Source: an uncultured bacterium (GTDB lineage: Bacteria > Krumholzibacteriota > Krumholzibacteriia > JACNKJ01). Taken from it: 64,000 nucleotides of DNA. Made by a program: the position numbers and the translations under genes. The notes under the pieces are model-generated. The model was not told where the DNA came from, ran no database searches, and was given only the letters and a program-made list of their open reading frames with translations. Location of the stretch: positions 5,622-69,621 of the forward strand of contig CAYFNT010000011.1 in NCBI GenBank assembly GCA_964344565.1. Reading direction: 5' to 3'. Positions 17,403 to 27,409 of the stretch are shown here, one piece after another; position 1 is the stretch's first letter, and every line of letters begins with the position of its first letter.

Positions 17403-18077
17403 TTGTGCAGGATGTCGGAGGGGGACGCCTTGAAGCCTAAGATCAAGATCTGCTGCATGCTCGACGCCGAAGAGGCGCGGCTCGCCCTGAAGGCGGGGGC
17501 CGACGCCCTGGGCTTCGTGTCATCCATGCCAAGCGGACCGGGAGTCATTCCCGAAGTTGAGATCGCCGAGATCATCGCCGGCCTGCCTCCGGGCACCGAC
17601 AGCTTCCTGCTCAGCTCGAAGACGGATGCCGATGTCCTGCGCGCACAGGTCCATCGATGCCGTCCTGCGACCCTGCAGCTCTGCGAGACGCCCGAGCCGG
17701 CCCTGCTGCGATCGCTGCGCGAGATGCTGCCGGACCTGCGGCTCGTTCCCGTGATCCATGTACGGGGGGCCGACTCGGTGGGGGAGGCTCTGGCTCTGGC
17801 CGAGCTGTCCGACGCGCTGCTGCTGGACTCGGGCCGTCCGGATGCCGAACGGAAGAGCCTCGGCGGCACCGGTGAAGTGCACGACTGGAGCATCAGCCGC
17901 GAGATTCGCGAGGCGGCGACGGTGCCGGTCTTCCTCGCGGGCGGACTGAATCCCGAAAACGTGGGAGAGGCGCTTCGCGTGGTTGAGCCCGACGGACTGG
18001 ATGTCTGCTCGGGCGTGCGCACCGGCGGACGCCTCGACGAAGCCAAACTGCAAGCCTTCCTGAAGGGAGCGGCATGA
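17403..18077 (+). CDS. trpF: Phosphoribosylanthranilate isomerase
   Basis: KIKICCMLDAEEARLALKAGADALGF...LSDALLLDS...GGTGEVHDW...VFLAGGLNPENV matches PRAI. Stand-alone; no other trp genes nearby. Confidence 0.8.
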   Translation: MCRMSEGDALKPKIKICCMLDAEEARLALKAGADALGFVSSMPSGPGVIPEVEIAEIIAGLPPGTDSFLLSSKTDADVLRAQVHRCRPATLQLCETPEPALLRSLREMLPDLRLVPVIHVRGADSVGEALALAELSDALLLDSGRPDAERKSLGGTGEVHDWSISREIREAATVPVFLAGGLNPENVGEALRVVEPDGLDVCSGVRTGGRLDEAKLQAFLKGAA

Positions 18078-18120
18078 AACCGCCCGAAGCAGTCCCGACG
18101 AGTTTTCTAACTGGATCTCC

Positions 18121-18687
18121 GTGAGCGGCCTCATCGCGGCCGGAGAGCTGGTGCAGCTCCGTGACCGCGAGCCCGCCGACCTCGAAGCCTATCTCCGCTG
18201 GATGCAGGAGGGCCAGTGGCGCGACTTCGACGCGCCCTGGGAGCACATGCCCCTGGATTCGGACGAAACTCGCATCAAGCAGAAGCTCGCCTTCCTGTCC
18301 AAATGCGAGAACCTGCCCGAACCGAGGAACTCGGCCATCATCGCCGATCGCGAGGGCCGCGCCATGGGCTGGATCAACCGCTATATCCGCCGCAAGGGCA
18401 TGGAGGACACCTGGTTCCTCGGCATCAACATCTGCGAGGACGCGGAGCTCGAACGCGGCTGCGGCACCGAGGCCCTTCGACTGTGGATCGACTATCTCTT
18501 CGGCCATTCAGAGATTCATCGACTCGCTTTGGACACCTGGTCCTTCAATGGGCGCATGATTCGCGTGGCGGAAAAGGTGGGTTTCAGGCTTGAGGGATGC
18601 CGGCGGGAGGAGATGCGATGGAAGGGCGAGTGGCTCGATCACGTGGAGTTCGGATTGCTGCGACGGGAGTGGGGAGAAAGCGCCTAG
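18121..18687 (+). CDS. GNAT-family N-acetyltransferase
   Basis: ...WINRYIRRKGMEDTWFLGINICEDAELERGCGTEALRLWIDYLF... is an acetyl-CoA-binding GNAT core. GTG start. The 3' end overlaps the convergent GT4 gene by 4 nt. Confidence 0.7.
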   Translation: MSGLIAAGELVQLRDREPADLEAYLRWMQEGQWRDFDAPWEHMPLDSDETRIKQKLAFLSKCENLPEPRNSAIIADREGRAMGWINRYIRRKGMEDTWFLGINICEDAELERGCGTEALRLWIDYLFGHSEIHRLALDTWSFNGRMIRVAEKVGFRLEGCRREEMRWKGEWLDHVEFGLLRREWGESA

Positions 18688-19796
18688 CGTTTCATTTCCC
18701 GATACAAAGCTTCGGTGGCCCCCGCCACCGTGTCCCAGCTGTACTCGGTCAGCGCGCGCCGGCGCGCCACCATGCCCGCCATGTGCACCTTTTCGGGCCT
18801 TTCCATCAGCGCGCGCAGCTTCTCGCGCAGGGACTCCACGTTCTTCGTCTCGAAGCTGAAGCCCACGCCCTCGACCAGCTCGAGGTTCTCGGGGATGTCG
18901 CTGCTCAGCACGCAGCAGCCGTAGCTCATGGCCTCGAGCAGGGCGATGGACAGTCCCTCGATCTCGCTGGGCTGGCAGTAGAGGTAGCAGTTGCCGAAGA
19001 GCTCGTCGAGGGTGGCGCCGGTGACGAAGCCCGTGAAGACGATGCGGTCGTCTCCTTCGGCCAGCTTATGCAATTCGTCCACGTATCGTTCGCTGTGCAG
19101 GCCCTCGCCGGCGATGACAAGCTTCATGTCGGTGCCCATCTCGCGGAAGGCGCGGATCAGGTGATGGGCGCCCTTCTCGGGAGTCAGGCGGGCGATGAAG
19201 AAGATGTAGCCGTCCTTCGCCAGTCCCCACTTCTCGGCGATCTCCTCGGGCATGCGCGCCGGCGGCTCCTGGATGCCGTTGGGTATGGCGTCCACGTCGG
19301 CCTGGAACTTCTCCTTGTAGTACTCCCGCAGGACCTTCGACACCACGATGCTGCGATTGGGGAATCGCACGCTGAAGGTCTCGCACATCTTCAGGTAGAA
19401 ACGCGCGAAGCGGTTCCACTTGGCCCGCTGCCAGTCCAGCCCGTGCACGGTGACCACGGTCTTGTGGCCGAAGAGTCGCGGCAGCCAGGCGAAGATGCTC
19501 GGACCCAGCGCGTGGTAGTGCACGATGCCGCGCTTTCGGAAGAGCACGTCGAAGGTGGCGACGAGGGCGTAGATCCAGGTGTCCAGGTGCTTGGTCTGAA
19601 GGGTGCGGAGGCGCCGCACCCGCACGCCCTTGTAGTCCTTCATGGGCGGCACGTAGTAGCTGCGGGCGTAGACGGTGATGTCCAGGCGATCGGCCAGGCG
19701 CGTGGCGATCTCTTCGATATGCTTCTCGATACCCCCCTGAGTCGTGGGGATGCCCCGGGTGCCGATGTGATAGATGCGTAGAGGAGCCTCGGGCAT
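18684..19796 (-). CDS. Glycosyltransferase family 4 (GT-B fold)
   Basis: ...FIARLTPEKGAHHLIRAF...GEG...PSEIEGLSIALLEAMSYGCCVLSSD... is the EX7E GT4 signature. Confidence 0.85.
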   Translation of the reverse strand: MPEAPLRIYHIGTRGIPTTQGGIEKHIEEIATRLADRLDITVYARSYYVPPMKDYKGVRVRRLRTLQTKHLDTWIYALVATFDVLFRKRGIVHYHALGPSIFAWLPRLFGHKTVVTVHGLDWQRAKWNRFARFYLKMCETFSVRFPNRSIVVSKVLREYYKEKFQADVDAIPNGIQEPPARMPEEIAEKWGLAKDGYIFFIARLTPEKGAHHLIRAFREMGTDMKLVIAGEGLHSERYVDELHKLAEGDDRIVFTGFVTGATLDELFGNCYLYCQPSEIEGLSIALLEAMSYGCCVLSSDIPENLELVEGVGFSFETKNVESLREKLRALMERPEKVHMAGMVARRRALTEYSWDTVAGATEALYREMKR

Positions 19797-19853
19797 TTTG
19801 CGATACCACCGCCGATTCGGATCAAGTAGGCTGGACTTTAGAAGGGGCCTAGG

Positions 19854-22800
19854 ATGATGTCAATGAATGAGCTACCCGCCTCCCGGAACTCTCTCCTCCT
19901 GGGAATCGCCGGTTCCGGCAAGACCCATGAGTGCATTCGCCGTGCCAGCGAGGCCCTGGCGGCGAATCGGGCGGTGCTCTATCTGGTGCCCAATCGCGAC
20001 GAGGCGGCCCTGGTCCGATCCCGCCTGCTGGAGGCCGCGGCTCGTCGGGCGGCCTTCCTGCCGGACATCCTCACCCCCGGCGCCCTGGTGCGGCGGGTGC
20101 TCGAGGCCGCCGACCCGGGATGCTCTCCCCGAGGTCCTTTGAGCCGCCGCCTGGCCCTGTCCCGCCTGCTTGCCCATCGCCGCGGAAGCCTCGGCCGCCT
20201 CGAGGACAGCGCCGCCACCGCCGGCTTTCCCGAGGTCCTGGACCGCCTGCTCTCCGAACTCGTCGAGGGCGGGCTCGGTCCGGACGATCTTCGCTCCCTG
20301 TCCGGCCCGCGCCCCGCGGCCCTGGCCGATCTCTACCAGGCCTACCTCGAGGAACAGGCGGCATCCGCGCTCTACGATCCGGCGCCGGCCATGCAGTCGG
20401 CCGCCGAGCTGCTGGAGAAGCGGCCCGAACTGATTCCGGCCCTGGACCTGCTCGTCGTCGACGGCTTCAGCAATCTGAGTCCACTGCAGCTGCGCCTGCT
20501 TCGCGCGCTCATGTCCCGCGCGGAGGCCAGCACCTTCAGTCTCTGCATGGATCCCGCCGATCTGGACGGCCCGCCCCGACCGCCCTTCGAGCGTCTCCAT
20601 CGCCTGGCCGCCCGTTTCGCGGGCCCGGAAGGCTGGCAGGTGGAAGCCCTGGACGCGACGCCCCGCTTCGCCGGCGATTTCCCCGCTCGCCTGGCCCGCG
20701 AGCTCTTTCGCAGACTGCCGGGCGAGGCCAAGGGCGAGCCGCCCGTCGAGCTGCGGCTTCTGGAAGCCGCCTCCCGCCGTGACGAGGCCGAGGCCATCGC
20801 CCGCGAACTGCGCAATCTTCTCGCCGAGGGCGTGGATGCCGGTCGTCTGGCGGTGCTCTACCGCGACGCCGAACTGGGCGAACTGATCGCGTCCACCCTC
20901 GAGCGCGCCCGACTGCCCTTCCTGAGCGGGCGCCGAGCGACTCTCGGCCGCAGCGCCCTGGCCGGTTTTTTCGCGGCCATGCTCGACTGGCAGGCCGGCG
21001 GCGGAGGCGTCGATCTGCTTCGGAAGCTCAGGGGAGGCTACCTGGGCATGGACGACGAACTGCTCGTCGAGTTGCAGTCCGAAGGCAGACGGCGCGGACT
21101 TCCCGCCGAGGCGAGCTGGACGGAATTCCTGGAAGAGGCCCGGCGCGAGCATCCCGATGCCGACTGGGACTGGCTCGACTGGCACCTGTCCGCGCCCAAG
21201 GGCGAGCTCGACGGCCGCGCCTGGTTCGACGACCTTCTGCGGCCCCTCGGCGATCTCGTGTCCGCGAAACTCGACGGGGCCTTCGCCCGCGGCGAGGGCG
21301 GAGGCGTCGCGCTGCTGGCCTCCGAACTTCGCGACCTGGAAGACATCATGGCCGCGGCCGGCACCCTGGCCGGCGAGGCATTGCCCCCCGGAACCCGGCA
21401 ATCCGCGGCGGCCTGGCAGGCCGCCTTCGCCGCGGCTCTGGATTCGGTGGAGACTCGCCGCGCCTGGGGCGGCGAGGGTGGAGGCATCCTGCTGGGCAAT
21501 CCCTTCGAGATGCGGCTGCCCGAACTGGACACGGTCTTCGTGGCGGGGCTCAGCCGCGGCAGCTTCCCGCCGCCGCCCCGCGAGGATCCTTTGCTGCGCG
21601 AGAGCGAACGCCAGCAGCTCAATCGAGGCTTCGAGGAGGAAGGTCGAGCCGCGCGCCTGACTCTTCGGGCCGATCGCCAGGCGGAGGAGCGCTACCTCTT
21701 CTACATCGCCATGACCCGCGCCTCCCGCAGTCTGGTGCTGAGCTGGTCGGTGCGCGACCTGGAGGGGCGGGTCACGCCGCCGTCCTTCTTCCTCGACGAG
21801 CTGGAGCGCATCGCTCCCCTTCCCGTAGCGCGCTTCGTTCCCGGCAAATCCCTGGACGAGAAGTTCGCGCGGCCGGTGGGTCTGCGGGACCTCGTGAGAA
21901 ACGTGCTGGTGGCCAGGCATCGCAGACTGTCCGGTCCGCTCCTGGAGGAGGCCGAGGCCTTCCTGCGGGAACAGGCGCTCGGCGGAGTGCTCGACGCCTT
22001 CGCCGCCCGTCCCGAGGTGGAGAGCCTACAGAAGCATCCCCGCCTGGCCATGCGCATGGCCCTGGAACGAAACTTCAGTCCCACGGGGCTGGAGACCTTC
22101 GCCCACTGTCCCTATCGCTATCTCATGGAGCGCACCCTTCGCCTCGAGGAGGACGAGGTCCTCGAAGCCGGTCCTCGCGAGGAGGGCGTGCTCTATCACA
22201 AGGTCCTCGAGCTCTTCTTCCGCCGTTGGGACGGCGATCCCGCCCTGGACGAGCTCGACGAGCGCCTGAAGGAACTCTACGCCGAGGCGGTGGAAACTCT
22301 CGTCGAAGACGGCGAAGCGGCCCTTCGCTCCCGTCGTTTCCGCCTCGAGGATTCCCGGCGCCTCCGCCTTCTCGCGGGCTACCTGAGCCGGGATCTCGAG
22401 CGCCTTTCGGTCACGGGCATGCGTCCCGAGGCGGATTCCCTGGAAACGGATATGCTCATCGAATCGGCCGCCCTCCCCGGCGAGGGCGGCGATTTCCGGC
22501 TTCGGGGCAGGGCGGATCGGGTGGACCGGACAGGCGACGGCCGTCGCCTGGTGATCGACTACAAGCGCAGCGGCCGGAGCCTGGAGAACCCGCAATCCGA
22601 ATCGCCCAGGAGCTTCCAGCTACCCGTCTACGCCTGGGGACTTCCCGAGAAGGATCGCCTCGGCGCGGCCTTCGCCTCCGTGAACGACGCCGACAAGACC
22701 CTGCGCGGCTACTTCAGAAAGAGCGAGGAGGACCCGGCCCTGGAGAAACAGCTGAAGGGCAAGTGGCTCGAGGCCGGCGAGTGGGACGCCTGGCTCGAGA

Positions 22801-22967
22801 AGGTGGCCGCGCGCATCCGCGAGCTGGTGGACGAGATCGTCCGGGGACGCTTCGATCCCGCTCCCGCCGACGGCGGCGAGAAGTGCGAGAGCTGTTCCGT
22901 GCGGCAGCTCTGCCGCTGGGAGGAAGGCGAGAAGCCGCGGAAGGGGGGCGAAGATGAGCCGTCCTGA
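19854..22967 (+). CDS. addB: ATP-dependent helicase/nuclease subunit B (AddB-type) with C-terminal PD-(D/E)XK nuclease and Fe-S Cys cluster
   Basis: Walker A GIAGSGKTH near the N-terminus. C-terminal ...DYKRSG... nuclease region and CESCSVRQLCRW cysteine cluster. Immediately precedes addA and overlaps it. Confidence 0.8.
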   Translation: MMSMNELPASRNSLLLGIAGSGKTHECIRRASEALAANRAVLYLVPNRDEAALVRSRLLEAAARRAAFLPDILTPGALVRRVLEAADPGCSPRGPLSRRLALSRLLAHRRGSLGRLEDSAATAGFPEVLDRLLSELVEGGLGPDDLRSLSGPRPAALADLYQAYLEEQAASALYDPAPAMQSAAELLEKRPELIPALDLLVVDGFSNLSPLQLRLLRALMSRAEASTFSLCMDPADLDGPPRPPFERLHRLAARFAGPEGWQVEALDATPRFAGDFPARLARELFRRLPGEAKGEPPVELRLLEAASRRDEAEAIARELRNLLAEGVDAGRLAVLYRDAELGELIASTLERARLPFLSGRRATLGRSALAGFFAAMLDWQAGGGGVDLLRKLRGGYLGMDDELLVELQSEGRRRGLPAEASWTEFLEEARREHPDADWDWLDWHLSAPKGELDGRAWFDDLLRPLGDLVSAKLDGAFARGEGGGVALLASELRDLEDIMAAAGTLAGEALPPGTRQSAAAWQAAFAAALDSVETRRAWGGEGGGILLGNPFEMRLPELDTVFVAGLSRGSFPPPPREDPLLRESERQQLNRGFEEEGRAARLTLRADRQAEERYLFYIAMTRASRSLVLSWSVRDLEGRVTPPSFFLDELERIAPLPVARFVPGKSLDEKFARPVGLRDLVRNVLVARHRRLSGPLLEEAEAFLREQALGGVLDAFAARPEVESLQKHPRLAMRMALERNFSPTGLETFAHCPYRYLMERTLRLEEDEVLEAGPREEGVLYHKVLELFFRRWDGDPALDELDERLKELYAEAVETLVEDGEAALRSRRFRLEDSRRLRLLAGYLSRDLERLSVTGMRPEADSLETDMLIESAALPGEGGDFRLRGRADRVDRTGDGRRLVIDYKRSGRSLENPQSESPRSFQLPVYAWGLPEKDRLGAAFASVNDADKTLRGYFRKSEEDPALEKQLKGKWLEAGEWDAWLEKVAARIRELVDEIVRGRFDPAPADGGEKCESCSVRQLCRWEEGEKPRKGGEDEPS

Positions 22968-25900
22968 GCTCAACGCCGAGCAGCTTCCCGCGGTGGAGCG
23001 GCATCAGCGCGATCTTCTGCTCTCGGCCGGCGCGGGCAGCGGCAAGACCCGCGTGCTGGTAGAGCGCTACCTTCGCATCCTGGAGGACGGCGGATGGGAT
23101 CCCGCGCTGCCTGCGCGACTTCTGGCCATCACCTTCACGGAGAAGGCCGCCCAGGAGATGCGCGATCGCATCTATCGCGAGGTGACCCTGCGGGCGGCGG
23201 GAGCCGAGGCCGAGGTGGCCGGGCGGCTGGCCGAACTGGGCCGTGAATTGGAGACCGCGCCCATTTCCACCATCCACGGTTTCTGCAGCAGGCTCCTGAG
23301 AGAGAACGCGGCCGAGGCGGGCCTGGATCCGCGTTTCCGGGTGCCCGATCCCGTGGAACTCCGCGAGCTCGAGGACGAGATCTTCGCGCGCATGCTGTCC
23401 GAGGAGAACGCCGATCTGCAGTTGCTCGGCGGCGAGATGGGCCTGGACAAGCTGCGCCAGGGCCTCGCCGAGCATCGCGAGCTGCGGCGCAGCCTGGGTC
23501 TGCCCTCCGACTCCGGGGAGGAGGCCGAGGCCCGGGTGAAGAGTCAGGAGGATGCGGCCCGAAGGCTCTTCGAATCTCATTGGCTGACCTGGCAGTGGAG
23601 CCTGCCGGATCGTTTCGCGAATCTTTGCGCGCACCTGCCCGGAGGCGCGCACCCCAAACCGGCTTCCGCCGAAAAGATCCAGGCGGCCCTGGTCCTACTG
23701 ACCGGCAGGGACAAGCTTGACGCCGATCTGCCCGGCGGGCTGCTCGATGCCATGAAACGCCTCACCGTCGGCGCCAAAACCCTGGGCGACGAAGGCGAAC
23801 TGGAGCGCAAGTGGAAGCCCTTCAAGAAGGAATTGGAAGAGGCCCGCCGCGCACTCGCGCCCCTCGCGGCCGAAGCCGTCGACCGCCCCCGCGGACTGCG
23901 CGCGGCCTTCTTCAGACTGCAGGCGGAGTCGGATCGTCGGTTGCGGCAGGCCATGCGCGTGCACTCCTGGCTGGACTTCGAGGATCTGCAGCTGTCGGCC
24001 CTCGGTCTGCTCGAAGGCGATCCGGCTCTTCGCGATCGTCTGCGCTCCCAGTATCGGCAGATTCTCGTGGACGAGATGCAGGACACCAACCACCTGCAGC
24101 TGCGGCTCATCCGGCAACTCGCCCCCGAGAAGAAGGACGAGGCGCGCGCGCTCTTCCTGGTGGGCGATCCGCGTCAGAGCATCTACGGATTCCGCAATGC
24201 CGACGTGGAGGTCTTCCGCCGCGAGGCGCGACGGGCAGCCGACCAGGGAACCGGCCACTCCCTCAGCACCAACTACCGCAGCCATCCGGCGCTGCTCGAC
24301 TTCTTCAACGCCTTCTTCCCCTCGATGGATTTCCCACCCATGGACAGTCCCCGTGAGGGCGACGGCGAGGCGCGGGTGAGCATCCAGCTCACGGTGAGCG
24401 GCGATCTCCATACCCAGGGCGCGCGGCACATCGCGGCGGAGCGTCTGGCCGACACCCTGCGCGAGGCCTTCGACGCGGGTCTCGCGGTGCGGGACGGGGA
24501 GGGCGAGCGGCCCCTGGACTGGAAGGACGTGGCCATCCTCGTCCGCAGCGGCGGCGCCATCTCGCCCCTGGTGCGCGCCCTCACGGCCCGGGGAATTCCC
24601 CACGAGGCGGCCGGCGGCAAGGAGTACTTCATCCGCCAGGAGCTGCTGGATCTGGAGAACCTCATCGCGGCCCTGGACGATCCCTATCACCGCTTCAAGC
24701 TGGCGCGGGGGCTGCGCAGCGAAGCCATCGGCTTGAGCCGCCGGGATCTCGTGACCTTGATGCTGCCCGCCACCGGCGAAGCGCTGCCCGCCGATATGGG
24801 ACAGCGACAGGGCATGCAGTTGATCGAATCGCTGGAGGCCGCCGCGGGTCCCGACAGCGAACTCAGCGAGACCGGCCGCCGGCGCGTGGATCGCTTCCTG
24901 AGCCTGCGCCGCGAGATCGGACCGCGCCTGCACCGCCTGCCCATGCAGGAGCTCGTGGAGGAGATCGTTCGGGCCAGCGGTTTCGACCTGCGAGCGGCCA
25001 CCGAGCGCTACGGGCTCAAGATGCTGCGCAATCTGCGGCAGCTCTCCGAACTTCTCGGCGAGCTGGAACGGCATCGACGCATGAGCGTGACCGAGTTCCT
25101 GGAGCACATGCGTCGCATCCGCGAGATCTCTCCCAAGCGCCAGGAGGCCTGGGTGCCCGAGGAGGGCGAATCCCTGGTGAAGATTCTCACCATCCACGCC
25201 GCCAAGGGTCTGGAATTCCCCCTCGTGGTGGTGGCCGACCTGGAGCGCGATCTCTCGAGCATGCGCAGGCCCGGCGACCTGGCCAGCCTGCGTCTCGACG
25301 GCGAAGGGGAGCAGGACGCGCTTCTCGGCCTTCTCTGGCGCGACGGCGAGGGAGGTCGGCATCCGGATCTCGTGCACGAGTGGATCCGCCTAAGCTCCGA
25401 TCGGCGCGAGGAGGAGGAATCGCGACGGCTTCTCTACGTGGCCATGACCCGGGCCAAGGACTACCTGCTGCTTTCGGGGGTGATGCGGAAGAAGAGCGTG
25501 GAGAAAGCGCTCGAGGAGTTCGATCTGCCGCCCGCCAGGCCCGGCGCCCACTTCCTGGCCGAACTGCAACGGGGACTGCGGGATGTGGATGCCGCCCTCT
25601 ACCGGGTGGACTGGCATCACGAAGGTCCTCCCGGGCCCCTCGGTCGCGCGCTGGGACGTACGGAAGGGGATGCGCCGACCCCTGCACCCTCGCCGGAGTG
25701 GGCGCCCCTGGCCTCGAAGGTCGAGGCGCCCGCGGAGCTGGAGCTGCCGGTGACCTCCCTGGCGCTGCTGCATGCCTGTCCCCTGCGTTGGCTGCTGGAG
25801 CGCCGCTACGATCTGGACGGCTCCTCCCGCGGCCTCGCCGAGCCCTTCCACGCCTGGGAAGGCGCCGGCGACGATGGGCCCGCCGGAGCTTCCTTCGGCA

Positions 25901-26538
25901 CCGACCTCCATCGCATCCTCGAACACTGGGATTTCCGCGTCGAGGCGGAGGCGGCCTTCGAAGCGGCCTGTCCCGCCGATCTCGACGAGGTCCGCCGGAA
26001 GGCCGCCCGCGAGACCCTGCTCGAGTTCTTCGCAACCGAGAACGTCTGGACCCGGCAGCGACTGCCCGAGGGAAGCGAGATCCGACGGGAGGAGTCCTTC
26101 GTGCTGAAGCTCGAGGGACTGCGCATCACCGGGCAGATCGATCTGCACTTCATCTGGGATGATCAGCGTTTCCTGGTGGACTGGAAGAGCGACCGCGTGG
26201 ACGAGGCCACCATTCCCGACCGGCTTCATCATCACCAGCTGCAGATGGCTCTCTACGCCCTGGCCCTTCGCGAGGCGGGGCGCCCCGCCTCACGCGCCTT
26301 CATCGCCTTCCTGCGCGCGGGGCAGTTCCGCGAGGTGGACGCCGACGAGCGGCACCTCAAGTGGGCCGAGAAACTGGCCATCAATCTGGCGCGGAAGGCC
26401 GCCGAACTCACCATCCCCGGGCAATTGTCCGGAGGACTGGAAAGCCTGCCCGCGCCCAACGAGCCTCCCTGCCCGGGCTGTCCCTGGCGGGATGGGCCCT
26501 GCACCCGGGCCTACCGGAAAGGTGAGCTGATTGGCTGA
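22954..26538 (+). CDS. addA: ATP-dependent helicase/nuclease subunit A (AddA; UvrD-like helicase plus C-terminal nuclease)
   Basis: LLSAGAGSGKTRVLVERY (UvrD N-terminus), DEMQDTN, VGDPRQSIYGFRNAD, C-terminal IDLHFIWDDQRFLVDWKSDRV and CPGCPWRDGPC. Overlaps addB by 14 nt. Confidence 0.85.
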   Translation: MSRPELNAEQLPAVERHQRDLLLSAGAGSGKTRVLVERYLRILEDGGWDPALPARLLAITFTEKAAQEMRDRIYREVTLRAAGAEAEVAGRLAELGRELETAPISTIHGFCSRLLRENAAEAGLDPRFRVPDPVELRELEDEIFARMLSEENADLQLLGGEMGLDKLRQGLAEHRELRRSLGLPSDSGEEAEARVKSQEDAARRLFESHWLTWQWSLPDRFANLCAHLPGGAHPKPASAEKIQAALVLLTGRDKLDADLPGGLLDAMKRLTVGAKTLGDEGELERKWKPFKKELEEARRALAPLAAEAVDRPRGLRAAFFRLQAESDRRLRQAMRVHSWLDFEDLQLSALGLLEGDPALRDRLRSQYRQILVDEMQDTNHLQLRLIRQLAPEKKDEARALFLVGDPRQSIYGFRNADVEVFRREARRAADQGTGHSLSTNYRSHPALLDFFNAFFPSMDFPPMDSPREGDGEARVSIQLTVSGDLHTQGARHIAAERLADTLREAFDAGLAVRDGEGERPLDWKDVAILVRSGGAISPLVRALTARGIPHEAAGGKEYFIRQELLDLENLIAALDDPYHRFKLARGLRSEAIGLSRRDLVTLMLPATGEALPADMGQRQGMQLIESLEAAAGPDSELSETGRRRVDRFLSLRREIGPRLHRLPMQELVEEIVRASGFDLRAATERYGLKMLRNLRQLSELLGELERHRRMSVTEFLEHMRRIREISPKRQEAWVPEEGESLVKILTIHAAKGLEFPLVVVADLERDLSSMRRPGDLASLRLDGEGEQDALLGLLWRDGEGGRHPDLVHEWIRLSSDRREEEESRRLLYVAMTRAKDYLLLSGVMRKKSVEKALEEFDLPPARPGAHFLAELQRGLRDVDAALYRVDWHHEGPPGPLGRALGRTEGDAPTPAPSPEWAPLASKVEAPAELELPVTSLALLHACPLRWLLERRYDLDGSSRGLAEPFHAWEGAGDDGPAGASFGTDLHRILEHWDFRVEAEAAFEAACPADLDEVRRKAARETLLEFFATENVWTRQRLPEGSEIRREESFVLKLEGLRITGQIDLHFIWDDQRFLVDWKSDRVDEATIPDRLHHHQLQMALYALALREAGRPASRAFIAFLRAGQFREVDADERHLKWAEKLAINLARKAAELTIPGQLSGGLESLPAPNEPPCPGCPWRDGPCTRAYRKGELIG

Positions 26539-26603
26539 GTGCTTGCTTATTCTTCCCCGTGATGACCGATAGTTCCTCACGTCAAGCGCATGAAGGAGAT
26601 AAG

Positions 26604-27317
26604 ATGAAGAATGTGAACGTGTTAGGGGTTTTGATTCTCCTGCTGCCGGTTCTGGCCCTGGCGGATTTCACGCTGCTGGACGCCAGTTTCGACGATAAAA
26701 CGGTCGATGCGCCCATCGGCACCGGAGGCCCCGATCTGGGTGAACCCATCGAAGTCCATGCGGGTCTCAGCGCCACCGTGAGGGATGAGCCCTTCGCGAC
26801 GCCGGCCCTGGAGATCGTGCGGGTCAGCGAAGGCAGCACCGCGCCGGTGGTCTTCGAATTCGTGGACGAGGCTTCGGTGGACGTGGGGAAGGTGACCGTG
26901 AGTTTCGACGTCATCATCGTGACTCCCGACAACTACGAACTGATCACCGTCTACGAGCAGGGCTTCTGGAGCAGCACCTTCGCCAAGATCTATACCGATT
27001 CGTCCGGGAATCTGCGTCTCAGCGACGCCGCCGGCTACTACGGCATACTCGGCTTGTATGCCTCCCAGCAGTTCTACAACTTCAGGCTCGTTTTCGATTG
27101 CGTGGCCGACACCTACGACCTGTTCATCGACGACGTTCCCATCATCGAGGGTAGGGGGCACGGCAAGAGTGGCGTCGGTATCGGCCGCCTGGCCTTCAAG
27201 ATCGTCCACTCAGCAGGCCTGGATTCCGGATTCATAATCGATGAACTGCTGGTCACCGCCGACGAGTACACCGCCGCAGAGAACAGCAGTTTCTCGGAGG
27301 TCAAACCCATCTACTAG
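26604..27317 (+). CDS. Hypothetical secreted protein
   Basis: Start at MKNVNVLGVLILLLPVLALA (signal peptide). No family recognised. Confidence 0.6.
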   Translation: MKNVNVLGVLILLLPVLALADFTLLDASFDDKTVDAPIGTGGPDLGEPIEVHAGLSATVRDEPFATPALEIVRVSEGSTAPVVFEFVDEASVDVGKVTVSFDVIIVTPDNYELITVYEQGFWSSTFAKIYTDSSGNLRLSDAAGYYGILGLYASQQFYNFRLVFDCVADTYDLFIDDVPIIEGRGHGKSGVGIGRLAFKIVHSAGLDSGFIIDELLVTADEYTAAENSSFSEVKPIY

Positions 27318-27336
27318 GATCTCTGGACAGATCCCC

Positions 27337-27379
27337 GAGCGGCGCGTAGAGTATCGGGAACTCGCGCCGCTCTTTTTTG
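27337..27379 (+). terminator. Rho-independent terminator (GAGCGGCGCG ... CGCGCCGCTC + TTTTTT)
   Basis: 10-bp perfect stem, 16-nt loop and a T6 run, 20 nt after the stop at 27317. Confidence 0.6.
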
Positions 27380-27409
27380 TGCATGCCGCATCACCCGATC
27401 CGGAACGTC

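Noticed and set aside
19872-25377. Minus-strand ORFs 19872..21920 and 23695..25377 and many 60-300-aa Arg/Pro-rich ORFs across addAB
   Set aside because: Antisense read-through in 70%-GC DNA. The plus-strand AddB and AddA have clear helicase and nuclease motifs.
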